From Candidatus Dojkabacteria bacterium (lineage in GTDB: Bacteria > Patescibacteriota > Dojkabacteria > B142 > WJKM01): a stretch of 64,000 nucleotides of DNA. The position numbers and the translations under genes were made by a program. Of this stretch, positions 31,799 to 41,810 are shown piece by piece (position 1 is the first letter of the stretch; each line of letters starts with the position of its first letter). Under the pieces are notes generated by a model. It was not told where the DNA came from. It was given only the letters and a program-made list of their open reading frames with translations, and did no database searches. Location: positions 16,152 to 80,151 of the forward strand of contig WJKM01000006.1 in the NCBI GenBank assembly GCA_014729085.1. Direction: 5' to 3'.

Positions 31799-32956
31799 GT
31801 GAAAATGAAGTTAAAATCAATTCCAAAAATTATATTCACAGGAGGCGGTTCGGGCGGACATCTGTCTATCATGAAGGCCTTGATAGAATATCTTAGGAAG
31901 TTAGATATAGATTTGGAATCTAAAATTTTAGTTGTTGGAGGAAAGTTAGGCATGATTCAAGATCCTGGACCTTCTCTTGATGAGCGTCGTATTCCGGAAT
32001 TTGGTGTTCCTTATACTTTTATTCGAGGAGGGAAATTACATCGGGCTTTAAAATGGATGACTTTGAAACTTGTCTGGGGGTTTTTCCCCGGTCTTTGGGA
32101 TTCTTATAGAATAATTAAAGATTTTAATCCTGAGATAATATTTGCAACAGGAGGGTATGTTTCTTTGCCTATGGTTATAATAGGGAAGCTTTTGGGCAAG
32201 AAAGTTGTCATACATGAACAAACACTCACAGCTGGATTATCAAACAAAATAGGCGCTTTTTTTGCAGATAAAGTTTTAGTTACTTTTGATGAATCGAAAC
32301 AACACTTCCCTCCCCAAAAAACTATTTTAACCGGAAATGCTGTAAATGACTGGGTTGTAGATGATGATTATTGTAAACAAATACCAGAAAGGTTAGTGCA
32401 GGTTATTAAATATGCAAAAAAGGAGAATAAGCCCATTATATATATTACTGGGGGGAGTCAGGGGGCTCATAAGATTAATTTGTTTTTTTTGAATAACTTA
32501 ATTTCAGTATTAGAAAATTATGCTTTAGTCTGGGGGACAGGAGAAAATGAACTTTATAATGATTTTTATACTGTTTCGGAAAGAGTTGATAAATTACCTC
32601 CTCATCTGGCGAAATCTATTTATTATTCAAAATATATAAAAAAAGAACTAGGTTATATTTTAAAAAATGCTGATTTAGTTGTATGCAGGCCTGGCGCAAA
32701 TACATTATATGAACTTGCAGTCGTTGGAAAAAAAGCATTGATGATACCACTTTGGGTAACTTCTACGAGTGATCAGGAAACAAATGCTCGTTGGTTTTGT
32801 AAAAATTATACAGGAGCAATTCTTCATGAGAAGGAAATGAATCTAAAAAATTTTAAAAGAAGTGTAAAAGATTTAATGGAAATGGAATTTGCCGGTGAAT
32901 CGATTAATATAGAGGGAACTGAACAAAGGATAATGCATGAAATACTTACGGAATAA
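31799..32956 (+). CDS. murG: UDP-GlcNAc:undecaprenyl-PP-MurNAc-pentapeptide GlcNAc transferase
   Basis: N-terminal G-loop FTGGGSGGHL, middle ATGGYVSLP, C-terminal ITGGSQGAHKIN and RPGANTLYELAVVGKKALMIPL, typical of MurG (GT28). Confidence 0.88.
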   Translation: MKMKLKSIPKIIFTGGGSGGHLSIMKALIEYLRKLDIDLESKILVVGGKLGMIQDPGPSLDERRIPEFGVPYTFIRGGKLHRALKWMTLKLVWGFFPGLWDSYRIIKDFNPEIIFATGGYVSLPMVIIGKLLGKKVVIHEQTLTAGLSNKIGAFFADKVLVTFDESKQHFPPQKTILTGNAVNDWVVDDDYCKQIPERLVQVIKYAKKENKPIIYITGGSQGAHKINLFFLNNLISVLENYALVWGTGENELYNDFYTVSERVDKLPPHLAKSIYYSKYIKKELGYILKNADLVVCRPGANTLYELAVVGKKALMIPLWVTSTSDQETNARWFCKNYTGAILHEKEMNLKNFKRSVKDLMEMEFAGESINIEGTEQRIMHEILTE

Positions 32957-33144
32957 TAGATTTGGTGTGTGATATATAGCAGGTTTTAATTATGCTTCTA
33001 TAGAAAAAATAATTTATTGTTTTCAATCTTTGAATTTTATTGTATACTTTGATATTAAGATGTGCAAACACTCAAAAAATAATAGATGATCAATAGTATT
33101 GTAAATTACTTAACTATATTTTAATTATTAATAATAAATTAAAG

Positions 33145-33483
33145 ATGGCAGATAAAAAAGCAAAAGCACCAGACGAAGTTGTAAAATCTGGTAGCTCGGG
33201 AGAAAGTAACGACAAGGTTTTAGCAGCTGTCAGTGCTATTCCTTTGGTGGGACTTATTGTATATTTAGCTATGAAGGATGCTTCTGATTTTGTTAAGAAT
33301 TATGCAAGGCAAGGAGCAATGCTTTTCATTGTTGGAATTTTAGGTTTCATTCCTCTTGTTAACTGTGTAGTTATTATAGTAGAGGTAGTTGGAATTCTAA
33401 TGCTTCTTATTAATGCTTTACAAGAGAAGAAAGACTATAAACTCCCTGTACTTGGAGATTTAGCAGAGAAGATTTTTAAATAA
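33145..33483 (+). CDS. Small integral membrane protein
   Basis: Two predicted TM helices (AIPLVGLIVYLAM; IVGILGFIPLVNCVVIIVEVVGILMLLI). Confidence 0.45.
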   Translation: MADKKAKAPDEVVKSGSSGESNDKVLAAVSAIPLVGLIVYLAMKDASDFVKNYARQGAMLFIVGILGFIPLVNCVVIIVEVVGILMLLINALQEKKDYKLPVLGDLAEKIFK

Positions 33484-33503
33484 AGATTTATAAAAAAAAT
33501 ATA

Positions 33504-33535
33504 AAGCCTTCTTTAATTAGAAGGCTTTTTGTTTG
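33504..33535 (+). terminator. Intrinsic terminator
   Basis: AAGCCTTCT-ttaatt-AGAAGGCTT followed by TTTT. Confidence 0.7.
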
Positions 33536-33584
33536 ATAAAAAATTGTTTTTGTATTATAACTGTAGTAATTATTTGTTAGAAAT

Positions 33585-34415
33585 TTGTCTATGGGTTTAT
33601 TTGGAAGAGGAAAAAAAAGCCGTACGCCTGTAAGAAAGCCACCTGCAAGAAGGCCATCTCCAACTTCAGGAGGAGGAAAGCCTGTAACTCCGTCGCATAC
33701 TGAAGGTGGTGGTTCGATAAAGCCAGAAAGAAGAAGAGGTCCTGCTGGACCAGGAAATGATATGAAAGCTGCTATTACCCGAACCCCTACACCTGAAGCC
33801 GAAGCCGCAAAAGCAGATATGTTAAAAGCGGATCCGTTTGAGGGGTTGCCAGATGTACAAGGACTTAGAGAGTTGGCAGAGCTCTATGTGGGAGATGGTG
33901 CTGATTTTGAAGGATGGAATGAGATGCCTTCTGCTTTACGTAGTTTATTAGTTCATATTGCTGAAAATTTACCTGATTGTCCCGTTGATTTAGTAAAGGA
34001 GATTGTGACTAAATTTAGGGAAAATAATACTTCAGAAGCACAATTACAGGAAATTCTTAAATTAATGGAAACAGACGAACGTTTTAAAGATTTGTCAAAT
34101 GATTCAAAATATTCTTTGCTTCTTGCACTTTTAGGTGAAAGAGTGGTAAGGATGTTAAAAAGATACGACAATCCGCAGTTTGTAGGAGTAAGTGCAAATG
34201 GAAAATTAGAGATAGGAGGTCAAGTTGACGTTGAGCAATATTCGAACCCAACCCAGGCTATTTTAAATGCGGCAAAAAAACTGGCTGCAGGAGGTAGTCT
34301 TGTAGGTACAAGTTTTGGTAATGGTTATTATATTCTGGTTTCCGGAGCAAGAGTTAGAGCCCCTGCTGGTACTTTAGGGCTAAATAGATTTCTTCCCACA
34401 AATATTAATTATTAA
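33585..34415 (+). CDS. Hypothetical protein with Pro/Arg/Gly-rich N-terminus; GC-richer than the flanking sequence
   Basis: 276 aa ORF. Composition shift (GRGKKSRTPVRKPPARRPSPTSGGGKPV...). No motif recognised. Confidence 0.45.
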   Translation: MSMGLFGRGKKSRTPVRKPPARRPSPTSGGGKPVTPSHTEGGGSIKPERRRGPAGPGNDMKAAITRTPTPEAEAAKADMLKADPFEGLPDVQGLRELAELYVGDGADFEGWNEMPSALRSLLVHIAENLPDCPVDLVKEIVTKFRENNTSEAQLQEILKLMETDERFKDLSNDSKYSLLLALLGERVVRMLKRYDNPQFVGVSANGKLEIGGQVDVEQYSNPTQAILNAAKKLAAGGSLVGTSFGNGYYILVSGARVRAPAGTLGLNRFLPTNINY

Positions 34416-34789
34416 TTTTTTTTATTAAATCACTTTACCAATTAACGATCTTTTTGTTAAAATAACAACAGATTTAAAAAAGCATAAATTTTTGGAACTG
34501 CGGAATAAAAATTCGTAAGCCAAAAGTTTGGTGCTTTTTTTATCCAAAAAATTAGCAGTTCAAGGCTTAATTTTTTTGTTCTTTGAAAACTGAAAGAGTA
34601 GTAGGTATAGTCATGTTTATATGATATACCCGTTAATTCACCCTAAAGTAGAATAAAGTCGCTTTAGGGACAAACATGAATTCAATTTATTGAGTTTCAT
34701 GGTACTCTAAATAAGTTTTTAGGTTTGCTTTAAAAACCTAACCGGATTAAATTTCAAAACGTGATTTATCACGTTTTTATCAAATTTTC

Positions 34790-36310
<1,521 letters not shown>

Positions 36311-36533
36311 AGGGAGTAAAAGGCCACCTTACTTTGCTTTATTTCATAAAGCTTTGTAGGGAAATGAGTTTTGGGGCCAATCCTATTGTCGGTGGATAAT
36401 AGGAACTAGAATTTCTCAATTTCTTGTAAATTGAGATAAAAATGTTAAAGGAATTAACCCTTAACAAGAATTAACAGGTATTATTACCTACTACTCTTTT
36501 AGGATTTAAAGAGCTTCAAGTATAAAGAGATAG

Positions 36534-36580
36534 AACTCTGCAGAAGCCGTGCCTTGAAGGCAGGCAGGCAGAGTTTTTTT
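36534..36580 (+). terminator. Long imperfect hairpin (AACTCTGC...GCAGAGTT) plus T8 in the 16S-tRNA spacer; terminator-like or processing stem
   Basis: aactctgcagaagccgtgccttgaaggcaggcaggcagagttttttt read directly. Same outer stem as the rpsL-rpsG hairpin. Confidence 0.5.
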
Positions 36581-36713
36581 GTTTGTAAGACCTAATTTAA
36601 TGGTGTAAAATTATGGGCATGGATCTTTAAAAATAACTAATAGTTGGCAATATAATTTTGGTAATAGTTGGTTATCTGCCTGCCGTCAGGCAGGGAGCGC
36701 AAAAGTACAATGT

Positions 36714-36787
36714 GAGCCAGTAGCTCAGTTGGTTAGAGCGCTATCCTGATAAGATAGAGGTCCCTAGTTCAAATCTAGGCTGGCTCA
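36714..36787 (+). tRNA. tRNA-Ile (GAT)
   Basis: Acceptor GAGCCAG/CTGGCTC, D-arm GCTC-AGTTGGTTA-GAGC, anticodon loop CTGATAA, T-arm CCTAG-TTCAAAT-CTAGG, discriminator A. Flanked by a 9-bp inverted repeat (gtacaatgt / acattgtac) that extends the acceptor stem. Confidence 0.9.
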
Positions 36788-36849
36788 CATTGTACTTGTC
36801 CTGACCCGCCTGACCGAAATGATAGATTTATTAAATTTAGAGTTCAGTC

Positions 36850-36897
36850 GGGCAGGTAAGACTGAGGTCCGTGGTTCAAATCCACGATCGCTCACAG
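36850..36897 (+). pseudogene. Diverged tRNA 3'-half fragment (anticodon-stem to acceptor 3' strand) without 5' half
   Basis: caggtaagactgaggtccgtggttcaaatccacgatcgctcaca parallels the tRNA-Ile 3' half (T-arm CGTGG-TTCAAAT-CCACG), preceded by gggcagg. Confidence 0.5.
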
Positions 36898-36911
36898 GTC
36901 ATTTATAGAAA

Positions 36912-36957
36912 GGCAGGCGGGTAAGATAGAGGTCCCTAGTTCAAATCTAGGCTGGCT
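36912..36957 (+). pseudogene. Near-identical duplicate of tRNA-Ile 3' half (anticodon loop through acceptor)
   Basis: gggtaagatagaggtccctagttcaaatctaggctggctca matches tRNA-Ile positions ~33-73; the 5' half is replaced by aggcaggcgg. Confidence 0.55.
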
Positions 36958-37005
36958 CATGTTGTATCTATCTTTAATAATTATGTTTTTTGTTAGAATA
37001 AATTA

Positions 37006-37491
37006 ATGACTGATTCAGTAAAGATTGAAAGGTTATCCAGAAAGCATAGACAGGCAATCAGGAAATTGATGGATGAATTTTTTAAGGATTTTAATAGAGG
37101 CTTTCTTTTTACAGATAAATTAAGAAAATTAGAGGAGTATAAAAATATTGATCACGTCATTAAAAAGGAACTTGAGAAATATTTTGAATGGACAGGATTT
37201 GTTGCTATAAAGGATAATAAGATTGTTGGATATATTATTGGGCATATAAAAGAAGAAAAGCAGAAAGTTTTAGAAAGGAAGGGATGTATTGAAGAGTTTT
37301 TTGTAACAGAGAATAAAAGGGGAGAGGGTGTTGGAAGGTTGCTTATGAACAGAATTATTAAGTATTTTGAAAAAAAGAAATGCGATGTTTTGGCAATAGA
37401 AGCTTATTCTGTTAATAAGAAGTCTATAGATTATTATAGAAAATTAGGTTTTGTTGATTTTAGTATGAAGTTGGTTAAGAGAATTAATTAG
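37006..37491 (+). CDS. GNAT family N-acetyltransferase
   Basis: GNAT motif block (IVGYIIGHIK...EEFFVTENKRGEGVGRLLMNRIIKYFEKKKCDVLAIEA). Embedded between tRNA clusters. Confidence 0.75.
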   Translation: MTDSVKIERLSRKHRQAIRKLMDEFFKDFNRGFLFTDKLRKLEEYKNIDHVIKKELEKYFEWTGFVAIKDNKIVGYIIGHIKEEKQKVLERKGCIEEFFVTENKRGEGVGRLLMNRIIKYFEKKKCDVLAIEAYSVNKKSIDYYRKLGFVDFSMKLVKRIN

Positions 37492-37505
37492 TTGTTTAAT
37501 AGATA

Positions 37506-37571
37506 TGGGGCTGTGGTAGTCACGCTTGCGTGGCAAGGCCACTTGAAGGTTCAAGACCTTCGGCTCCACCA
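37506..37571 (+). ncRNA. Aberrant tRNA-Ala-like minihelix element with encoded CCA
   Basis: tRNA-Ala-type acceptor with G3:U70 (5' GGGGCTG with 3' CGGCTCC), A73 and encoded CCA, and a T-arm-like hairpin. Lacks the D and anticodon arms, which are replaced by a GC-rich hairpin (CACGCTTGCGTGGCAAGGCCAC). Confidence 0.4.
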
Positions 37572-37602
37572 AGTTGTACAACGATACCATTGTTTGCAAA
37601 AT

Positions 37603-37677
37603 GGGGCTGTAGCATAGCTGGTCTATTGCGCTTCATTTGCAATGAAGAGGTCGCGGGTTCGAATCCCGCCAGCTCCA
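37603..37677 (+). tRNA. tRNA-Ala (TGC)
   Basis: Acceptor GGGGCTG/CAGCTCC with G3:U70 identity pair, anticodon loop TTTGCAA, T-arm GCGGG-TTCGAAT-CCCGC, discriminator A. No encoded CCA. Confidence 0.88.
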
Positions 37678-37725
37678 TTTTGCAAACAAGAGAATTTCCC
37701 AATACACAAGAAAACTAATGAGATG

Positions 37726-37824
37726 ATAGCTGGTCTATCCTGCCTGCGTGACTGCATCAGCAGTCAGGCAGGTGCGCTTCATTTGCAATGAAGAGGTCAC
37801 GGGTTCGAATCCCCCAGGCTCCAA
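37726..37824 (+). pseudogene. tRNA-Ala remnant lacking 5' acceptor, with a GC-rich hairpin inserted at the D/anticodon junction
   Basis: gatagctggtctatc (D-arm-like), insertion CCTGCCTGCGTGACTGC-atca-GCAGTCAGGCAGG, then tgcgcttcatttgcaatgaagaggtcacgggttcgaatcccccaggctcca (anticodon arm to acceptor 3' strand). Confidence 0.5.
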
Positions 37825-38030
37825 GCGATTCAGAGCTTTCACCTCCTCACTTATAGTAAAACTTGTTTCGAATCGAAGGATAGTGAGCATGTCGAACTAC
37901 ATTGGAATATATAGAATTTGGTGATAAAATATTGGTGTTGATTTCTATCAAACTTTAATTTTTTCCAGCAACAAATCGAGAAAATTTATTTTGATAGAAA
38001 TTTAGAGTTAATGTATGAATGTAAATCGTA

Positions 38031-38627
38031 ATGAAGAATAAGGTTAATATATTACAAAATCTCAATAACTTAAAGCATATCAAGAGAACAGGTCCAAATT
38101 TGTTTGCAGGTATTTCTTCTGGGGAATTGGAAAGCATTGCGGAGCATACTTTCATGGTTTCCTCTATTGTAATGTTATTCGCAGAAGAAGCAGGGGAAGT
38201 AGATTTAGGTAATATGCTTCAATATGCACTGGTGCATGATTGGGGTGAGTCTATAATTGGAGATATGCCCTCTGGAAGTAGATCATACAGGGAATACTTC
38301 GAGGGAGATATTAGACAAATTCATAAAAAGGCAGAACACAAGGCGAAGGAGACTTTATTACAAGATGGATCAATAGAACTGCCAGATCTTTCTACATTGG
38401 AGAAGGAACTCCTACAATTGGCAGATACAATATCCATAATTTTGGAATTGATTGATTTAAAACAAAAAGGACACGGTCATAAATGGGTTCGACAGATGTT
38501 CGATGTGCAAATAAAGAAACTTAAAGATTTTTCGTTTAATTTTATTGCCCCAATTACTAAAGAATTGGAAAATATGTTTATTGAGGGTATGAGTAATAAA
38601 TATCTAACAAAAGCTTCTCTGAAATAA
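38031..38627 (+). CDS. HD-domain phosphohydrolase (YfbR-like 5'-deoxynucleotidase family, tentative)
   Basis: HD signature ...EHTFMVSSIV...LVHDWGESIIGDMP (H..HD..D). Confidence 0.7.
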   Translation: MKNKVNILQNLNNLKHIKRTGPNLFAGISSGELESIAEHTFMVSSIVMLFAEEAGEVDLGNMLQYALVHDWGESIIGDMPSGSRSYREYFEGDIRQIHKKAEHKAKETLLQDGSIELPDLSTLEKELLQLADTISIILELIDLKQKGHGHKWVRQMFDVQIKKLKDFSFNFIAPITKELENMFIEGMSNKYLTKASLK

Positions 38628-38801
38628 ATCTTACATAAATTTTTTCCACCATACATTTATAGATGCCAATTTCGAAGAATAGATTTTGAATATAATCGTG
38701 AAAACCATTTTTGTATTATTCATAGCATAGCTTCAAGTTTTCAAATGGTTAAACTTCTGATCTGTTATACTTATTTTAATAAATCTGTATAAAAAATATT
38801 C

Positions 38802-39641
38802 ATGAAATTAACTGTACTCGTTGATAATAATACTTTAATAGACCGATACTTATTAGGAGAACCAGCAGTATCTTTTTACATTGAAGAAAAAGGTTATAAA
38901 TGTCTTTTTGATGTTGGATACTCTGGCATTTTTATAAAAAATGCCTGTACTTTAGATATTGACCTTTTAGATCTTGATGCTATTGTTTTGTCTCATGGCC
39001 ATTTAGATCATACATGGGGGCTGGATCCGTTGTTAAAGCTTTACAATGAGGCAAAAATAGAGAAAAGGTTTAGTAAAAAACCTAAATTATATGCTCATCC
39101 AGATGTGTTTAAAACAAAAAAGATCCCTGAATTTGGAGAAATTGGAAGTTCAATTTCCCAAAAAAAGATTGGGATACACGTAGAATTAGAATTAAGTCAA
39201 AAACCAGTCTGGTTAACAGAGAGTATAGTTTATCTTGGGGAAATTCCAAGAAGAAATGATTTTGAGAATAAGAAACCGATAGGCAAGATTGAAACTGACG
39301 AAGGAAGTAAAGACGATTTTCTTTTGGATGATACGGCAATAGCATATAAATCGGAAAAAGGAATGGTTGTAATTACAGGTTGTTCTCATGCAGGTATATG
39401 TAACATTGTAGAATATGCTAAAGAGATTTGCGAGAAAGAAAAGGTCATAGATGTAGTTGGTGGATTTCATTTAATGGATCCTACTGAAAACCAAATGAAA
39501 GGAGCTCTAAGTTATTTCGAAAAATTAAATGCTCAGGAACTACATGCTTGCCATTGTGTTGATTTACAATCAAAGATTGAGTTGGCAAAGGTTGCAAATT
39601 TAAAAGAAGTTGGATCTGGATTAGTACTAACTTATGAATAA
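38802..39641 (+). CDS. Metallo-beta-lactamase fold hydrolase
   Basis: HxHxDH motif in VLSHGHLDHTWGL. Downstream His/Asp (ITGCSHAG, GGFHLMD). Confidence 0.75.
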   Translation: MKLTVLVDNNTLIDRYLLGEPAVSFYIEEKGYKCLFDVGYSGIFIKNACTLDIDLLDLDAIVLSHGHLDHTWGLDPLLKLYNEAKIEKRFSKKPKLYAHPDVFKTKKIPEFGEIGSSISQKKIGIHVELELSQKPVWLTESIVYLGEIPRRNDFENKKPIGKIETDEGSKDDFLLDDTAIAYKSEKGMVVITGCSHAGICNIVEYAKEICEKEKVIDVVGGFHLMDPTENQMKGALSYFEKLNAQELHACHCVDLQSKIELAKVANLKEVGSGLVLTYE

Positions 39642-40482
39642 AGAAGTCTCCAAGCAAAAAGAAATTCCTAAGATTTTAAAATTTTATTCTCTTTCAGGCC
39701 TTATTTCTATTCAAAGAATTTCAGTTGGTTTGGCTAATGATAATTTTTTAGTAAAGACAAAACAAGGCGAATATGTTTTGAAATTTATCAATGCTTATCG
39801 AAATGAAATATTCAAAAATGATTTAGCAATACAAAGAAAGTTAAAAGAACTGGGTATTCGTAGTCCAGTTTATATTAGAAATTTAAGTGGAGATTATATT
39901 TATCGGAAGGGTAAATATAGAGTTGTTGTTTCAAAGAAGGTTAGAGGAGTAAGACCTAGAAAAGTTAGCATAAAACTTGCGTATTCAATTGGGAGAGTGT
40001 TGGCACAATTTCATTTAGGGATTACAGATTTGCCTAATAGTATACAAGGATGGATGAATGTAAATTCTGATGATTCCAAAACAGCAAAAATTTTGAGAAA
40101 AGCAGATCTTCCCATTGGTATTACTCATGGGGATATGCACGAGGGGAATATCCATGTTTTGGATAAAAAGAAGGACAAGGTCTATGCAATATTTGATTTT
40201 GAAGAAGCGGGAGAAGATCTTTTAGTTGTTGATTTAGCTAGATCTATACTTGCGGTTTGTGTTGAAGAACAAGGAACAAAGATAGATGAGAGATTAATGG
40301 AATCAGAAATTAAGGGCTATCAATCCATCAGATTACTTGAAGAAAATGAGAAAATACATTTTGGTAAAGCTTTTACTCATGCTGTCGATAAGTGCATAAA
40401 GTGGTTTTCAGAAAATGATTTTGAAAGATATATAGAAAATCATAAATTAAGACTAAAGAGTTTTCGTTCGCCTTTTGAGTAA
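39634..40482 (+). CDS. APH/ChoK-family kinase-like phosphotransferase
   Basis: Brenner-type catalytic motif ITHGDMHEGNIHV and DFE metal-binding motif (IFDFEEAG). Confidence 0.65.
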   Translation: MNKEVSKQKEIPKILKFYSLSGLISIQRISVGLANDNFLVKTKQGEYVLKFINAYRNEIFKNDLAIQRKLKELGIRSPVYIRNLSGDYIYRKGKYRVVVSKKVRGVRPRKVSIKLAYSIGRVLAQFHLGITDLPNSIQGWMNVNSDDSKTAKILRKADLPIGITHGDMHEGNIHVLDKKKDKVYAIFDFEEAGEDLLVVDLARSILAVCVEEQGTKIDERLMESEIKGYQSIRLLEENEKIHFGKAFTHAVDKCIKWFSENDFERYIENHKLRLKSFRSPFE

Positions 40483-40507
40483 TCAATTATTAAGAATCTT
40501 ATTAATT

Positions 40508-40765
40508 ATGTATTATCTTTACATCTTACTTTGTTCCGATAAGTCCTTGTATACAGGGATTACTAATAATATTGAGAATAGGTTACAGACACATAGAGAT
40601 GGGGAGGGATCTAAATATGTCAGATCAAGGCTACCTTTTAGATTGATATACACAGAAAAATTAGAAAATAAATCTAAAGCTTTACGGAGAGAATTGGAGA
40701 TTAAAAGCTGGAGCAGGGAAGAGAAAATTAAAAATCTAAACCTTAAATTGAGTTTTTCGATTTGA
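40508..40765 (+). CDS. GIY-YIG nuclease domain protein (small, UPF0213-like; start at internal ATG, ORF opens 40475)
   Basis: YYLYILLCSDKSLYTGITNNIENRLQTH plus a conserved Arg/Glu downstream (RRELEIKSW). Confidence 0.7.
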   Translation: MYYLYILLCSDKSLYTGITNNIENRLQTHRDGEGSKYVRSRLPFRLIYTEKLENKSKALRRELEIKSWSREEKIKNLNLKLSFSI

Positions 40766-40785
40766 TAAATTCGGCAATAAGCAGA

Positions 40786-41715
40786 TTAATTTCTGTATTT
40801 TTGATTCAGATCCTGTAAAAATTTTTTGTTTTGAAGAATCTCTTGAAGTTCATCCTCTGTGCATAGGGCACCTAGATCACCTCTAATCTCATTATTTTTA
40901 GAAGCATGCACTCCAGCACCAGTATATTGTAAAAGTCGGTCTTCCATTGGAAGGTGTTTATCCAGAGGGCTTTTTGGATCTTCAATTAAGTTTCTGTATA
41001 CATGTAAAGGGTCTAGTGCGTTTGCCAGTATTGGATTTTCTAGTGTGTTAAATCCTAATCTTTTAGCCTCTTGATAGATTATACTCCCTCTCATCGTTGC
41101 ATTATCTTGAATACCTTGCCTACCCTTAAAATCTTTTGAAAATCCATCTGGAAGATTTGAGTCTTTATAACGATTTTGTGGATCTGTAAAAACCATAAGC
41201 CGAGATGGCGATTCTGTTAGAAGCATGATTCGCTGAGGACATAGTTTTCTTACTATAGATTTTGGTATTTCTCTAAAGTCTTCACAGAAATTTTCTCCAT
41301 AGATTTTTTCATGATAGATTTTTTCATATGTCTCTATATCTAAAATTTTATCTGCTTCGTAAAGTATTTGAAAACCATTATCTTCAAGAAATTCTCTAAA
41401 ACTGTCATATATGTGATACATGTCAGGTTTTACAAGTAACAGTGCAATATTTCCATCTTCAGTTAATTCTGATATGTATTCAGTTTTTTCACAATTGTTT
41501 TCATCAATACTTTCGAAGTATGATCTATAATCATTGTCGTCTAAATGTTCTAACATTCTTCCAGTCAACTTCATAAGGAAATATCGTTGATTAGCATCAA
41601 AGCTTTTCTCTCTATTTTTTTCTACATCTGTGATATCAATATTGTATGCTTGTAGTGTTCTTATGTTATTTTCTGCAATTCTTTGCAATGTGGTTGGTAT
41701 CTCCTTTTCGAGCAT
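40786..41715 (-). CDS. Hypothetical protein with nucleoside-diphosphate-kinase-like segment (tentative)
   Basis: IALLLVKPDMYH and GVHASKNNEIRGDLGAL resemble the NDK fold ligand and His region. Weak. Confidence 0.4.
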   Translation of the reverse strand: MLEKEIPTTLQRIAENNIRTLQAYNIDITDVEKNREKSFDANQRYFLMKLTGRMLEHLDDNDYRSYFESIDENNCEKTEYISELTEDGNIALLLVKPDMYHIYDSFREFLEDNGFQILYEADKILDIETYEKIYHEKIYGENFCEDFREIPKSIVRKLCPQRIMLLTESPSRLMVFTDPQNRYKDSNLPDGFSKDFKGRQGIQDNATMRGSIIYQEAKRLGFNTLENPILANALDPLHVYRNLIEDPKSPLDKHLPMEDRLLQYTGAGVHASKNNEIRGDLGALCTEDELQEILQNKKFLQDLNQKYRN

Positions 41716-41810
41716 GATCTGTAGGTAAATTCAGAATGAAAGTTAGGGGGAGAATTATACCCTATAGAGATGGCAAATGTAAAGTAAGGGCAGAATTAAA
41801 GATTTTTGTT

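Noticed and set aside
36650-37000. Integrated mobile element between tRNA-Ile and its 3'-half duplicates
   Set aside because: The duplicated tRNA halves are only about 60-170 bp apart, and no integrase or cargo lies between them. At most old scars, not a current element. Recorded as a finding about fragments rather than a mobile_element feature.
37520-37718. Two overlapping 60-62 aa ORFs on opposite strands
   Set aside because: Both lie across the tRNA-Ala and tRNA-like sequences. Their composition reflects structured-RNA GC content, not coding sequence.
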